From contig CBDCTJ010000001.1 in the NCBI GenBank assembly GCA_965222115.1, forward strand, positions 352,001-416,000: a stretch of 64,000 nt of DNA, read 5' to 3'. Below, piece after piece: positions 39,373-50,600 of this stretch. Position 1 is the stretch's first letter. Each line of letters begins with the position of its first letter. The position numbers and the translations under genes were made by a program. The notes under the pieces are model-generated. The model was given only the letters and a program-made list of their open reading frames with translations. It made no database searches and had not been told where the DNA came from. This DNA comes from Planctomycetota bacterium. GTDB lineage: Bacteria; Planctomycetota; PLA2; JAEUHO01.

Positions 39373-40713
39373 ATGGCTGACCATATGGACCGCGTTGTCG
39401 CCCTCACCAAGCGCCGGGGGTTCGTCTACCCCTCCTCCGACATCTACGGCGGATTCCAGGCCACCTACGACTACGGCCCAGCCGGTGTGGAACTCAAGCG
39501 CCTCATCAAACAGGACTGGTGGGATACCAACGTACGAGGTCGCGACGACGTGGTGGGCTTGGATGCGTCGATTTTGATGTCGCCCAAAGTGTGGGAAGCA
39601 TCGGGTCATGTAAGCGGCTTCAACGATCCATTGATTGATTGCAAAACGTGCAAGGCGCGCTTTCGAGCGGACAAAATGGACGGTGCGCGTTGCCTGAAGA
39701 AGCCTTCGAAGTCGCCCCATGAATGCGGCGGTGAACTCACGGAACCGCGTCAGTTCAACATGATGTTTAAGACCAAAGCGGGGCCCGTGGATGACACCGC
39801 CGCCGACTGTTACCTACGTCCCGAAACGGCGCAAGGCATCTTCGTGAACTTCAAAAACGTAATGGAAACCACGCGCGTCAAGATTCCATTCGGCATTGGC
39901 CAAATTGGAAAAGCATTCCGCAATGAAATCGTGACCGGCAACCAACTCTTTCGTATGCGCGAGTTTGAGCAAATGGAACTTGAGTTCTTCTGCAAGCCGG
40001 GCACCGAAGGCGAATGGTTTGAGTATTGGCGCGCCGAACGCTTGCGTTGGTGGCAAGACCTTGGCGTGCGCAAGAGCAAGTTGCGCATTCACGACCACGG
40101 CGAAGGCGATCTCGCCCACTACGCCGCGGCATGCGGTGACGTGGAGTACGAATACCCGTGGGGCTGGGACGAAGTCGAAGGCATTGCATCGCGCACCGAC
40201 TATGACTTGAGCCAGCACCAGGAACACAGCGGCAAGAAGCTCACCTATCAAGACGAGGAAACGCGCGAATGGACGGTTCCGTACGTGATTGAACCTTCGG
40301 CCGGTGTGGATCGTTGCTTCCTGACGATTCTCTGCGACGCCTACGAAGAGGAGGTCAAACCCAACGGCGAAAAGCGCACCGTGCTTCACATCCATCCCAA
40401 GCTTGCCCCCGTACAGGTGGCCATCTTCCCGCTCGTTAAGAAGGACGGGTTGCCGGAGAAGGCGCGTGAGTTGCAAAGCACATTACGTACTTCCTTGCGC
40501 TGCATGTATGACCAAGGCGGTTCCGTAGGGCGACGCTACAGTCGCGCCGATGAGGCGGGCGTGCCCTTCTGCATAACGCTCGACAGTGAGACCAATGAGA
40601 AGGGCACCGTCACTGTGCGCGATCGCGACTCCATGAGCCAAGATCGGGTTGCGATCGACAACTTGACGGCGCATCTCCACGAGCGCATAGCCTCGTGGAC
40701 GCGCGGCGAGTAG
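39373..40713 (+). CDS. glyQS: Glycine--tRNA ligase (alpha2 type)
   Basis: 'YDYGPAG', 'VWEASGH', 'YLRPETAQGIF', 'FRNEI', 'REFEQME', 'VIEPSAG' and an anticodon-binding C-terminal domain. Confidence 0.97.
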   Translation: MADHMDRVVALTKRRGFVYPSSDIYGGFQATYDYGPAGVELKRLIKQDWWDTNVRGRDDVVGLDASILMSPKVWEASGHVSGFNDPLIDCKTCKARFRADKMDGARCLKKPSKSPHECGGELTEPRQFNMMFKTKAGPVDDTAADCYLRPETAQGIFVNFKNVMETTRVKIPFGIGQIGKAFRNEIVTGNQLFRMREFEQMELEFFCKPGTEGEWFEYWRAERLRWWQDLGVRKSKLRIHDHGEGDLAHYAAACGDVEYEYPWGWDEVEGIASRTDYDLSQHQEHSGKKLTYQDEETREWTVPYVIEPSAGVDRCFLTILCDAYEEEVKPNGEKRTVLHIHPKLAPVQVAIFPLVKKDGLPEKARELQSTLRTSLRCMYDQGGSVGRRYSRADEAGVPFCITLDSETNEKGTVTVRDRDSMSQDRVAIDNLTAHLHERIASWTRGE

Positions 40714-40719
40714 CGACGA

Positions 40720-42462
40720 TTACTTGAGAAGCTCTCGATCCAGGCGCCAGCGGGTGTTGTTGGGACTGTCGTTTAGGGCCTTGTCGAATGCATCGCGTGC
40801 AGCGGCTACGTCGCCCTGGTCACGGAGTATGTAGGCGAGCGCCGCGTACTGGGAGGCATCACCACCATCTAGGGTGACTGCACGCAAATTATCCACCGCC
40901 TTAACGGGATCATGCCGCGCAAGAAGGCGCCACGTCCACTCATCTGCATGGCCTTCTTTTTGCGCACGAGCGAACAATGCCTGTGCTTGCTGCTTATCGC
41001 CCTTGGCGGCATGCGACAATCCAAGCACGACTAGCCCAACAGACTCCGCATCGTCTTCTTTGAGTGATGATGAGAGTGTTCGTAGCGCCTTAGACTCATC
41101 AATTCCAAGCATCGCGGAAATCCACTCGCCATCGGATTGGTCTTTGCTGTGTGCAAGTTCGTAGAAACCCATGGCATCACTCGTCTTGCCGGTCGCAGCC
41201 AGCGCACGGGCATAGATCCCCAAGACCTCGTCGCCAAACGAACTCGGCTCCCACTCTCCAATGTGTGCCTGCAGGTACGTCGCTGTGCGCGCGGGATCTA
41301 GGCGCACCAATGCACTCAGCCACTCGCTATCTTCTGGGTCGAATGACAGAGCGCGCAAGTAGGCGTCCGCGGCCTCTTCGAGCTGGCCGTTTCGCGCAAG
41401 TGCTTTCGCATACACGCCAATGGACTCATCGTCGCGCGAGTTTGCTAGGACCTCTCGCATGACCGACAACGCTCGCTTGGGATCCTCATTGAGTAAGTCT
41501 TCGAGCCAATCGTCACCTGGATCCTGACGAATGGCCATCTCATCGGCGTCCATGGCCCCCGCCAAATCACCCGCCTCGCGTCGAATGCTGGCAAGTAGCT
41601 TCCAAAGTGCTGCATCATCCGGTGCGCCCCTGATCTTTGTCTCGAGGTACGCGCTTGCGGCGGCGAAATCAATGGTCGCCCACAGCCCAACAAGCTCTTC
41701 GTCGTCATCCACTTCGGCGACCCCAATTCTCAGTAGCAAGCTCGCCGCAGTCTTTCGATCGACTTCAATCATCGATTTCGCGACTTCGAGAAATTGCACG
41801 TCGCCCCAGTGTTCTGTTCGCTCGGCCAAATCCAGACTTGCGGCAACAGCAGCATCGGGCTCGGCCTTCAGATAGATGTCCAACAAGTAGGCATGTTGTC
41901 TCTCATGCGCGGGCAGCGATTCACGGGCGGCTTTGGCCGCTCCAGAGGAATCGCCACGACTGAGGAAGAAGCTGGCGATTTTCCAGCCTGAGGACCAGTA
42001 GCTCGAATCCCTCACAAGGAACGCGCGCAGGGAAGCAACTTGTTCGGACGTGGGAAGCAATTTGAGTACATCCAAAACGTCATCGATGGCACAAGAGAGT
42101 TCGGCGCCCACATCGAACATGCGATGCATATCGTCGTACCTTCCGGCAATCGCATACAATGACGCCAACGCCTTCCACCCTCGCGAAAGACTTGCCTCAT
42201 CCCACGTGCCGGACTCATTCTCAAATTCCGTAAGTAGCTCCCGCCCGCGTTCACTGAGCACAACGACAGGAGGGCCCTCTTTCTGCTCGTTCTCAACCTC
42301 TCCGTCGAGCGATGCCTTGGACGCAAGCGTCACGGCGCCAGACTCGCCGAGATGTTCTGCAGTCAGTTCACCTTTCGCTGCTTCGTCACTCGCCGTTAAC
42401 CAAACACACAACGCCCCCACCGCCAAGCCCAACACAAAGAAGATGAGAGAAGAGAAGCGCAT
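40720..42462 (-). CDS. Membrane-anchored TPR-repeat protein
   Basis: N-terminal hydrophobic helix and TPR-like units ('YAKALARNGQLEEAADAYLRALSFDP', 'LAYILRDQGDVAAARDAFDKAL'). Confidence 0.8.
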   Translation of the reverse strand: MRFSSLIFFVLGLAVGALCVWLTASDEAAKGELTAEHLGESGAVTLASKASLDGEVENEQKEGPPVVVLSERGRELLTEFENESGTWDEASLSRGWKALASLYAIAGRYDDMHRMFDVGAELSCAIDDVLDVLKLLPTSEQVASLRAFLVRDSSYWSSGWKIASFFLSRGDSSGAAKAARESLPAHERQHAYLLDIYLKAEPDAAVAASLDLAERTEHWGDVQFLEVAKSMIEVDRKTAASLLLRIGVAEVDDDEELVGLWATIDFAAASAYLETKIRGAPDDAALWKLLASIRREAGDLAGAMDADEMAIRQDPGDDWLEDLLNEDPKRALSVMREVLANSRDDESIGVYAKALARNGQLEEAADAYLRALSFDPEDSEWLSALVRLDPARTATYLQAHIGEWEPSSFGDEVLGIYARALAATGKTSDAMGFYELAHSKDQSDGEWISAMLGIDESKALRTLSSSLKEDDAESVGLVVLGLSHAAKGDKQQAQALFARAQKEGHADEWTWRLLARHDPVKAVDNLRAVTLDGGDASQYAALAYILRDQGDVAAARDAFDKALNDSPNNTRWRLDRELLK

Positions 42463-42580
42463 GACGTCGTCGAATAAGAGCTTAGCCGACCGTCACGCAC
42501 CGAGCCTCCATCGCCCATGTCAAGCGGGCGAATTCGACTCAACGTCACGAGCACGAATGATGTGACGATCCGCTCTTGCG

Positions 42581-44200
42581 CTACGTACTCGTCACACTCG
42601 CCGGATCGCTGACACCCAATGCGGCAACAATAAACTCGCGGAACAAGGGGTGCGGTCGTGTGGGCTTGCTCTTGAACTCGGGATGGAATTGCACGCCCAC
42701 AAAGAACGGGTGGTTCGGTAGTTCGACAATTTCAACGAGATCGCGATCGGGATTCACACCGCCAATAACCATGCCGTGCTCAATGAGCTTCTCTCGATAG
42801 GCGTTGTTGAATTCGAAGCGATGGCGGTGGCGTTCTTGAACCGTTTCGTCGTCGTAGGCGGCGCGGGAAATGGTGCCCGCACGCAACGCGCATCGGTAGG
42901 CACCCAAACGCATGGTGCCGCCCTTTTCAAGTCCCTGTTGATCGGCCATGAGATCGATTACGGGGTAGGGCGTCTCAGGATCAAACTCGGTGGAGTGTGC
43001 GCCGTCCATGCCGGCAACATTGCGCGCGTACTCAATCACCGCGCACTGCATGCCCAAACACAAGCCGAGAAACGGAACGCCGTTCTCGCGGGCCCATCTC
43101 ACGGCCAAAATCTTGCCTTCGATGCCACGCTTGCCGAATCCGCCCGGCACCACAACACCTGAAACACCGCCCAACGCCTCGCCAATGTTCTCCGGCGTCA
43201 AAGAAGCTGAATCGACGCGGCGAATGCGCACCTTCGCTTGGGCATGGAATCCACCATGGGCCAACGATTCATTCACACTCTTGTAGGCGTCACCCAGTTC
43301 GATGTATTTGCCAACCAAGGCGACTTCGACTTGCGCCTTGGGGTTGCGAATGCGTTCAAGCAACGCGTGATAGCGATCGAGCTTGAGATCGCCGTGGGGC
43401 AGCTCAAGTCGGTCGAGCGCGAGGCGATCAAGCCCCTGCTCGGCCAACATCTGAGGCAACTCGTAGATGCTCGTGGGTACGTCGAGTTCTTCGACGACAC
43501 GACCGCGCGGCACGTTGCAGAACAGCGAAAGCTTGGCTTTCATCTCGTCGGTCATGGGCAGTTCGGTACGACAAATCAAAATATCGGGCTGAATACCGAT
43601 TTCGCGCAGCTTCATGACCGAGTGTTGGCTGGGCTTGGTCTTGAGTTCCCCGCTGGTGCGCAAGTACGGAATGTAGGTCAAGTGCGCCACCACGGCATTC
43701 TCACTACCCACGTCCAAAATAAACTGACGAATGGCCTCAAGGAACGGCAGGCCCTCGATATCACCCACCGTGCCGCCGAGCTCGCAAATCAGTATGTCGG
43801 CGTCACCCGCGCCGCGACGGATGGCCTCTTTGATCTCGTCGGTAATGTGCGGAATGACTTGCACGGTCTTACCGAGGTAGTCGCCGCGTCGTTCTTTGCT
43901 AATGACGCTCGAGTAGATTTTTCCGGTGGTGTAGTTGCTGTCTTTGGTGAGTAGCGCACCCTCGGTAAAGCGCTCGTAGTGACCGAGGTCGAGGTCGGTC
44001 TCTGCGCCGTCTTCGGTTACATAGACTTCGCCATGTTGGTAGGGCGACATGGTGCCCGGATCGACGTTGATGTAGGGATCGAGCTTTTGATGCTGAATGG
44101 AGTAGCCATGACCTTCGAGGAGCAGCCCCATGGCAGCGGACGTGAGTCCTTTCCCCAAGCTCGACACAACACCACCAGTTACGAAGATGTACTTCGCCAC
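42581..44200 (-). CDS. pyrG: CTP synthase
   Basis: '[10 protein letters not shown]', '[19 protein letters not shown]', 'GLCLGMQ', 'QFHPE'. Confidence 0.98.
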   Translation of the reverse strand: MAKYIFVTGGVVSSLGKGLTSAAMGLLLEGHGYSIQHQKLDPYINVDPGTMSPYQHGEVYVTEDGAETDLDLGHYERFTEGALLTKDSNYTTGKIYSSVISKERRGDYLGKTVQVIPHITDEIKEAIRRGAGDADILICELGGTVGDIEGLPFLEAIRQFILDVGSENAVVAHLTYIPYLRTSGELKTKPSQHSVMKLREIGIQPDILICRTELPMTDEMKAKLSLFCNVPRGRVVEELDVPTSIYELPQMLAEQGLDRLALDRLELPHGDLKLDRYHALLERIRNPKAQVEVALVGKYIELGDAYKSVNESLAHGGFHAQAKVRIRRVDSASLTPENIGEALGGVSGVVVPGGFGKRGIEGKILAVRWARENGVPFLGLCLGMQCAVIEYARNVAGMDGAHSTEFDPETPYPVIDLMADQQGLEKGGTMRLGAYRCALRAGTISRAAYDDETVQERHRHRFEFNNAYREKLIEHGMVIGGVNPDRDLVEIVELPNHPFFVGVQFHPEFKSKPTRPHPLFREFIVAALGVSDPASVTST

Positions 44201-44305
44201 AGACCATTCTCCCGATAGGGCGCGGCGCCGCCGCGCGGGGGGAAGGAAAACGCAACCATACCACCCTCGACCGGCCCGGCCGAATGAGAGATTGCCCTCG
44301 GGAAT

Positions 44306-45043
44306 TTAGTCGCGACGAGGGACGTCCTTCGAGGCCGCGATCCGCGCTAGAAACTCGTCGTAGTCAGCACGGGTATCGATCCCCAGCGAACGCGCGGAAG
44401 CGTCAATTATGCGAATGCGCCACCCGTTCTCAAGCGCCCGCAACTGCTCAAGGCGCTCGCGCTGTTCGCCCTCTGTCTCGGGCAGCATGGGAAACGCCGC
44501 GAGCCTTGAACGGCGAAATGCGTAGATCCCCACATGGTGCAAGACCTCTGCACCCCTCTCGACCGAATCTGGATAGGCCCTCTGAAAGCCAATCGCCATA
44601 CCGTCCGAGTCGCGAATGGCCTTCACCGCATCCGGCGAGGCTGCCACCGAATCATTGGCGAAGGGCGTTGCCAACGTGGCCATGTCCGCCGTCGCCGCCG
44701 CCTGGGCTACACGCGCAAGATCGCCCGGCTCCACCAGTGGCTCGTCCCCTTGCAGATTAACGATGACGTCGTGCGCGAGCGAGGCCGCCACTTCAGCACA
44801 CCGCGACGTTCCTGACGGGTGGTCCGATCGCGTGCGCCTAACTGCGCCGCCAAATGACCGAACGGCTGACTCGATGTCATCACTGTCGGTACAGACCATC
44901 ACATCGGGACCACCAGGGGCCAACTGCGCGCGCTCAACAACATGTTGAATGAGCGACTTCCCCGACTCGGCAAGCAGGAGCTTGCGCGGCAAACGCGTAC
45001 TTTTGAGACGCGCGGGAATAAGAATGGCATACGAAAGCGTCAA
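44306..45043 (-). CDS. kdsB: CMP-KDO synthetase
   Basis: 'IPARLKSTRLPRK', 'SGTSR', 'NLQGDEP', 'HVGIYAF', 'LEQLRALENG'. Confidence 0.95.
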   Translation of the reverse strand: MTLSYAILIPARLKSTRLPRKLLLAESGKSLIQHVVERAQLAPGGPDVMVCTDSDDIESAVRSFGGAVRRTRSDHPSGTSRCAEVAASLAHDVIVNLQGDEPLVEPGDLARVAQAAATADMATLATPFANDSVAASPDAVKAIRDSDGMAIGFQRAYPDSVERGAEVLHHVGIYAFRRSRLAAFPMLPETEGEQRERLEQLRALENGWRIRIIDASARSLGIDTRADYDEFLARIAASKDVPRRD

Positions 45044-45067
45044 GACACGCGAATCTTAGGTCACAGA

Positions 45068-46021
45068 CTAGCGACCGCGGTCACGATCGTCGTAGTCGTC
45101 ATCGTCCTCGTATTTGTCGTTATCGTCCCGGGCGCGGCGATCATCGCCGGAGCGTAGACGGCGCGAACGCGACGATCCTTTTGACGGCTCAGTGGGCAGC
45201 ACACCCTCGCGCGTCACGCCGGTCCAGTTGAGCGTAGGACGGCGATTTCGCATGATCAGAATGGCGCGTTTGGCCGACGAATAGAGTTTGGGAATCTGCT
45301 TCGTACTCGGATTGAGGCCCTGACCGCGCATGTTGAGCAACGTCACACTCTCGCCGGCACGCTCCACCGTCACGCGACCGCGCGCGCGGCTGTGATCGAA
45401 ATTGGACGACACGTCATCGGTGTCGCGCGCGTAGCGGTAGTAGCCTTCCTTCTCAAGTTGGCGCACAAGTCCCTTGAGATCCGAGTCGGGTACCACCGTA
45501 ATGTGAGCACGTGCTTCGAGTTCTTCGTTGCCCGCCTTGCGATCGGTCTTGGCGTCGGGATGCCCTTCGCTCACAAGCGTAATCTTCATGTCGGCATCGG
45601 GACCGCGATAGGTATTACGCTTTTGCTTGGAGGCCTCATAGAGCTCACGCTCACGCGCCAGCCCCTCCCACGTAACCTTGATCGCTACGCCTCGTCGCGC
45701 GCGGTGGCCGCGATCGTCCTCGTCCTTGAAGTAGTCAAGCACGCCGTCATCTTCGGGATCGTCGTCGCGGCGATCGTCCTCGTCCATACGCCCACCGGAC
45801 TTACGAAACTCCTCAAGCTTCTTCTTGCGGGCTTCGGCCAAGGCCTGCTGCTTGCGTTTCGCGTTCTTCGAAAGCCTCGCAAGGAAGTGATCATCTTCCT
45901 TCTTCTCAGGTTGGCTGGCGCACGACGGCAGCATCAGTAAACACAGAGCCACGGCAACCGCCCGAAGCACGATCGATCGGAACGATCCATGCCGCGCGGT
46001 GGTGGTCAGTGGTCCCGTCAT
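45068..46021 (-). CDS. Hypothetical lipoprotein
   Basis: Lipobox-like 'LMLPSC' after a hydrophobic stretch, GAAGGA RBS, co-oriented with kdsB-pyrG. Confidence 0.65.
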   Translation of the reverse strand: MTGPLTTTARHGSFRSIVLRAVAVALCLLMLPSCASQPEKKEDDHFLARLSKNAKRKQQALAEARKKKLEEFRKSGGRMDEDDRRDDDPEDDGVLDYFKDEDDRGHRARRGVAIKVTWEGLARERELYEASKQKRNTYRGPDADMKITLVSEGHPDAKTDRKAGNEELEARAHITVVPDSDLKGLVRQLEKEGYYRYARDTDDVSSNFDHSRARGRVTVERAGESVTLLNMRGQGLNPSTKQIPKLYSSAKRAILIMRNRRPTLNWTGVTREGVLPTEPSKGSSRSRRLRSGDDRRARDDNDKYEDDDDYDDRDRGR

Positions 46022-46218
46022 CCAGTGCGTCCTTCGAACTTCGTTGTGGCGGCGATTCGTAGGCCGCACGCCGCAATCATGCGACGGACGGTTGCGCTTG
46101 GCCACTCAAAACACGCCTCACACGCAACGGAAGGGACGAACTTCACGAGAATCGACGTCGAAGTGACGAATGCGTGACGAATCACTACGAGGTAGGCACG
46201 GAAACTGGAGGCTCCCAC

Positions 46219-47760
46219 ATGACGCTTCGACGCACCCCCATTGCACCATCGACCGACGCAACAAACAGGTGTACCCTCGGTCGCATGAAACGCAGTTGCT
46301 TGATTCAAACCCGCGGCTTGGCTGCAATGACAGCCGTCATCTTGACGACGATCGCTATGCCCGCCGAAGCTCGCGAAGAACTACTCCCTCCGGGTATCGT
46401 GGCAAGGGTCGCGGGACGTGATATGCCCCTCCAAGGCTTTCACCGCGCGCTCGTCAAACACTCCGAACGCGACTTGAAGGAAACCAAGAGTGGCGCGCGT
46501 GCGGTCTTGGAGCAGATGATTGAAGAGCGCGCGGTCCTCCTGTGGTGTCGAGCCAACAACGTGCGCATCGCGAAAGCGGACGTCGACGCCCGCCTACAGA
46601 AATTCGATCGAGAGATCCGACGCCATTCGGGTGGGCAACGAACGCTGCGCGACGAAATCAAGCGCCGCGGCAATACAGAACATGAGATTCGCCAGCAACT
46701 GGTGCACGAGCTTCGCAAACAGGCCTACGCCAACCACAAGCTCGGCGGCACGATGCCCAAGGACGAACATGCGCGTATTCATCAAACCAAAGTCGTGATC
46801 GCCGAACTTCGAAATAAGTTGACCAAGGTCGAATACGGCCTGCCCATGCGCGACGTCGAATCGGTGACGCTACCGAAGGACGTGGTCTGCCGCGTGAACG
46901 GCGACCCCATTACTGTTGCGCAATTTGGTAAGCAGCTCGCCATTCGCCTACCGTCCAACGAGATTCGCGAGATCTTGGATCGCGAATGCAAGATCGCGCT
47001 CATGACGTCGGCCAGTATTCGATTGAGCGATAAGGAACTGCTCGAAGAAATCGATGTCGTGCGCCGCTTATGGCCGCTTGAGCGCGGAATTCAACGCGAA
47101 GACATTTGGCGTACGGTGAGTTTCGACGATCGCTTCAAGGCCCTGTTCAAAATGACCACAAAGGACGTTCACGCGTCACGATTTTTGCGCGGGCAGTTTG
47201 GGCTCATTCGAAAAATGCGTCCCGCAGTCACGGATGAAGACGTGGCGAAGGAGTTCGAAGAGCGCAAGTCAACGATGTTTGGCAAGCAGATGCTCGCGGC
47301 CGACTTCCGATTCGCATTCGCGCAAAAGAAGCAGATGTTCGGCGGCCCCAAGCGTTCGCGTAACGCCGCCCAACGCGAAGCGCGCCAAGTATTGGCGTGG
47401 CTCGAAAGCGGTATGCCGCTATCGGAAGCCATGCGCCGCATTGGGAACCGACGGGACCAGTTCACCACGGCGATGAAAGTGCGCCTCAACAACAAGGGCA
47501 ACGACAAGCTGCTCTACGATGCAGTGGCCAAGTTGCGAGACGGCGAATGGAGTTCACCCATTGAGACACTCTCCGAAGTGCATATTTTGGTGCGCACGGG
47601 AACGCAACCAGCGCGCAAGCGAAACGAAGTAGCGCCGCTCGTGCGCGAACTTCTCGCACGGCGCCGCGCGCGCGAGTGGATTGAAAAGCGCATCAAAGAC
47701 CCCAAAATAGTGCGCGTTCGCTGGCCCCTGGATGAACGCCGCGATACGCCGCCGCGGTAG
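46219..47760 (+). CDS. SurA/PrsA-like exported foldase (two SurA-N-like modules + PpiC-like domain)
   Basis: 'VARVAG', 'VLEQMIEERAV', 'VCRVNGDPIT', 'LRDGEWSSPIET...HIL'. GGAGG RBS before ATG 46219, with 46285 as an alternative start. Confidence 0.65.
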   Translation: MTLRRTPIAPSTDATNRCTLGRMKRSCLIQTRGLAAMTAVILTTIAMPAEAREELLPPGIVARVAGRDMPLQGFHRALVKHSERDLKETKSGARAVLEQMIEERAVLLWCRANNVRIAKADVDARLQKFDREIRRHSGGQRTLRDEIKRRGNTEHEIRQQLVHELRKQAYANHKLGGTMPKDEHARIHQTKVVIAELRNKLTKVEYGLPMRDVESVTLPKDVVCRVNGDPITVAQFGKQLAIRLPSNEIREILDRECKIALMTSASIRLSDKELLEEIDVVRRLWPLERGIQREDIWRTVSFDDRFKALFKMTTKDVHASRFLRGQFGLIRKMRPAVTDEDVAKEFEERKSTMFGKQMLAADFRFAFAQKKQMFGGPKRSRNAAQREARQVLAWLESGMPLSEAMRRIGNRRDQFTTAMKVRLNNKGNDKLLYDAVAKLRDGEWSSPIETLSEVHILVRTGTQPARKRNEVAPLVRELLARRRAREWIEKRIKDPKIVRVRWPLDERRDTPPR

Positions 47761-47782
47761 CCTGCGCCTATACGCCGCTTCG

Positions 47783-49318
47783 CTACGAATCGGCGTGCAT
47801 CCGTAGCCAGGCCTCTTCGGCGGCGTACAGATGCTCGGGGACCTTGCCCAGTTGTTCTTTGGCTTCCTGCAACGCTGCCCGCGCCTCGGCAACGTTCTTG
47901 GCGTCCGCCGCCTTCCAGAACTTGCGATGTGCCGTTTGCGCAATGGCCGCCTCGCCGGCCTTGCTAAGCCCCTTGTGCTCGGTCCACCAGTCAAACCACG
48001 CGTTGGCCACGGCGAGGCGCGACGTGGATCCACTGCTGCCATTCTTGAAGATCTCAAGAATAATCGCATCGAGTTTGCGCGGGTCGGTACTGGCGAGCTT
48101 CATGGTTGAGTCGTCAAAGCCGACGAGTTTTCTTGCCGTTAGCTGCAAACCACGCAACGCCTCTCGAAAGGCGACTTCCGACTTGGCTTCATTTCGAATT
48201 ATGGCGATGAAGCAACCTTGAAAGCGGTTCTTTGCCAGGAACTGATGCGCAGCTTGGACTGCGCTGGAACGAACGGTGCTTTCCTTGTCAAAGAAGTAGG
48301 TGGCAAAATCGTCCAGAAACGACGTGTCTCCCGAACCCGCCATGACTTCAAGTGCGTGGCGCCGTTCCTCACTATCGCGAGTCGAATCCGTCACGATGGA
48401 GAGAATGTTGGCCTTGTCGTCGCGCGTCCATTCGGGCATGCGGCGGTAATGAATGAGCGCAGCCAAACGCAACATGTGTTGATTGCTGGCCAAGGCCTCG
48501 GCGTTGATGCGTCGAACTTCGCTGGCATCAATAGCATCGGCGCACACCTCGTCCATAGACATCATACGGAACAGGTTTTGAAGCGCACGCATCCGCACCA
48601 CCACGTAGGGCGATGACTCGGCAAGAGCTTTCAATTGCGGCACGCTTTCGCAGTCCTGAAATTGACGCACGGCTTCAATGGCGGTTTCCATAAGCCGACT
48701 TTCCAATTTGCGATCGGTAGCGGGATTGTTTGATGCCGTCAAAAGAGGACGAATGACGGGCATCGCCTCGTTCATGTCAATTTTTCGGGCCAACCCCACG
48801 GCATGGGTACGGCTCATGTCATCTTCGCGGGCAAGCCAGTTGGCAATGATCTTCTGCGCTTGCCATCGATCGTCCTTGACGTAGTAGTTCACAAACGTGG
48901 ACTGAGTGGACAACGCCTTTAGCGCGACTTCTTGTGCGCGCGGGGCGCCGTTCTTGAGCGCGTCTTCCAATTGCGTGCGTCGATTGCGCTGAAGCAACAA
49001 CTTGCCGCATGTAAGGCGCACTTCAAATGAGCGACTGTCGTTGTGAAGCGCTTGCTTGAGTCGCTCATTGACCGCGGCCGCATCGGGATGCTCGGTCAGC
49101 TTGTCGATCATCTCCTTGACCACCTTGGGGTTGTCGGAGTTGAGTCCGTTGATCAGAATAGAATGCTGCAACGAGGGCCACCAGAGGTAGAGCCCCACAC
49201 CAAGTGCCAACACGAGAGGGAGGCCAATCCAAAGAAACCGCTTCCACGACGAAGATGACGCACGCGACGCATCGGTTGGTGGCATGGCGGCTGGTGGCGT
49301 GGCGGTTGAATCGTCCAT
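47783..49318 (-). CDS. Membrane-anchored HEAT-repeat protein
   Basis: TM 'FLWIGLPLVLALGVGLYLWW' and HEAT-like units ('EVRLTC', 'VVRMRAL', 'TVRSSAV'). Confidence 0.7.
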   Translation of the reverse strand: MDDSTATPPAAMPPTDASRASSSSWKRFLWIGLPLVLALGVGLYLWWPSLQHSILINGLNSDNPKVVKEMIDKLTEHPDAAAVNERLKQALHNDSRSFEVRLTCGKLLLQRNRRTQLEDALKNGAPRAQEVALKALSTQSTFVNYYVKDDRWQAQKIIANWLAREDDMSRTHAVGLARKIDMNEAMPVIRPLLTASNNPATDRKLESRLMETAIEAVRQFQDCESVPQLKALAESSPYVVVRMRALQNLFRMMSMDEVCADAIDASEVRRINAEALASNQHMLRLAALIHYRRMPEWTRDDKANILSIVTDSTRDSEERRHALEVMAGSGDTSFLDDFATYFFDKESTVRSSAVQAAHQFLAKNRFQGCFIAIIRNEAKSEVAFREALRGLQLTARKLVGFDDSTMKLASTDPRKLDAIILEIFKNGSSGSTSRLAVANAWFDWWTEHKGLSKAGEAAIAQTAHRKFWKAADAKNVAEARAALQEAKEQLGKVPEHLYAAEEAWLRMHADS

Positions 49319-49510
49319 GAGGACTCCGAGTTCCGGGCGTGGGCCTGCGCTCGACCAAGAGGCGACGGCTCACCTTACCGACACGCAAAATCGCGCACGA
49401 CATTCCGCCGCGAGTGGCCGGGTCGAATGCGGTCGAAGTGGTAGGGTGTGGCCAATAGCCCCATGGGCCGTTTGAATCGCGAACCCGCCCCATTGCTGGA
49501 GCATGTACCC

Positions 49511-50461
49511 ATGGCCGCGCGCCCAGTCGATCCACCGTCCTTCACGGTTGAGGCCGGATCGGCCGACGCGGGCATGCGGGTCGACAAATTCCTCGCAACG
49601 CGCATTGACTCCGTGAGTCGCAGTGCACTGCAACGGCTGATTGGGGAGGGGTGCGTGCGAATCGACGGGCAGCCCACGCAAGCGAGTGATGCCAAGCGCA
49701 AGATTCAAGGCAGCGAGCGCATTGCTATATGGACACCGAAACCCGCGCCGCACCACGTGACCCCCGAGAACATTCCTATCGAGATCGTTTTCGAGGATGA
49801 ACACATCGTGGTGGTGAACAAACCTCACGGACTCACCGTGCATCCTGGCAGCGGACAACCCGACGGGACCCTTGCCAACGCACTTGTACACCACGTCGCG
49901 TCCATTGCGTCCGTAGGCGCGGAAGGACGCCCGGGCATTGTGCATCGCCTGGATCGTGATACGTCCGGTGTCATGGTCGTCGCAAAGGATGAGGCATCGC
50001 ATCGCGTGCTCTCAGCGGCGTTCGCGGAGCGCACGGTGAGCAAGGTGTACGTCGCTTGCGTGCACGGCCAACTCGATGCAAACGAAGGCACGATTGAGCT
50101 ACCGCTTGGACGATCCTTACGCAACCGTACACGTATGGCCGTTCGCCACGACGGCGGACGCCCGTCCACGACACGGTGGATGTGTCAGGAGCGGATGCGC
50201 GACCACAGCATGCTTCACTGCTTTCCGCAAACGGGTCGCACGCATCAAATTCGAGTTCACCTGCGCGCGTTGGGCCATCCGATTGTGGGTGATCCGTTCT
50301 ACGGACGTCGCCAGCTCGACAAGAGGCTCGGCAGCCCGCGCCTCATGCTTCACGCATTCCGGCTGGGGTTTACCCACCCCATTTCCCATGCACCACGTTC
50401 GTTCGAAGTGCCACCACCCAAGGCGTTCGATGCGGTGCTGGATCAGCTTCGCAGTCCCTAG
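49511..50461 (+). CDS. rluD: RluA-family 23S rRNA pseudouridine synthase with S4 domain
   Basis: 'RVDKFL...SRS', 'VNKPHG', 'HRLDRDTSG', 'TGRTHQIRVH', 'GHPIVGD'. Confidence 0.93.
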   Translation: MAARPVDPPSFTVEAGSADAGMRVDKFLATRIDSVSRSALQRLIGEGCVRIDGQPTQASDAKRKIQGSERIAIWTPKPAPHHVTPENIPIEIVFEDEHIVVVNKPHGLTVHPGSGQPDGTLANALVHHVASIASVGAEGRPGIVHRLDRDTSGVMVVAKDEASHRVLSAAFAERTVSKVYVACVHGQLDANEGTIELPLGRSLRNRTRMAVRHDGGRPSTTRWMCQERMRDHSMLHCFPQTGRTHQIRVHLRALGHPIVGDPFYGRRQLDKRLGSPRLMLHAFRLGFTHPISHAPRSFEVPPPKAFDAVLDQLRSP

Positions 50462-50495
50462 ACGTTACGTAAGCGGGCCTCATCCAAAAATGAGA

Positions 50496-50524
50496 AAAGG
50501 CCACCCGCATTGCGGATGGCCTTT
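50496..50524. terminator. Probable bidirectional intrinsic terminator
   Basis: AAAGGCCA-C-CCGCA-T-TGCGG-A-TGGCCTTT between convergent genes, with a T-rich tail on the minus strand. Confidence 0.7.
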
Positions 50525-50600
50525 GGTAGGCGGCTTGCGCGCCGCCCCATGCAGAAAATACGAGTTACGTATCTACCTGTCGTCTTCTTGAAAAACGGAT

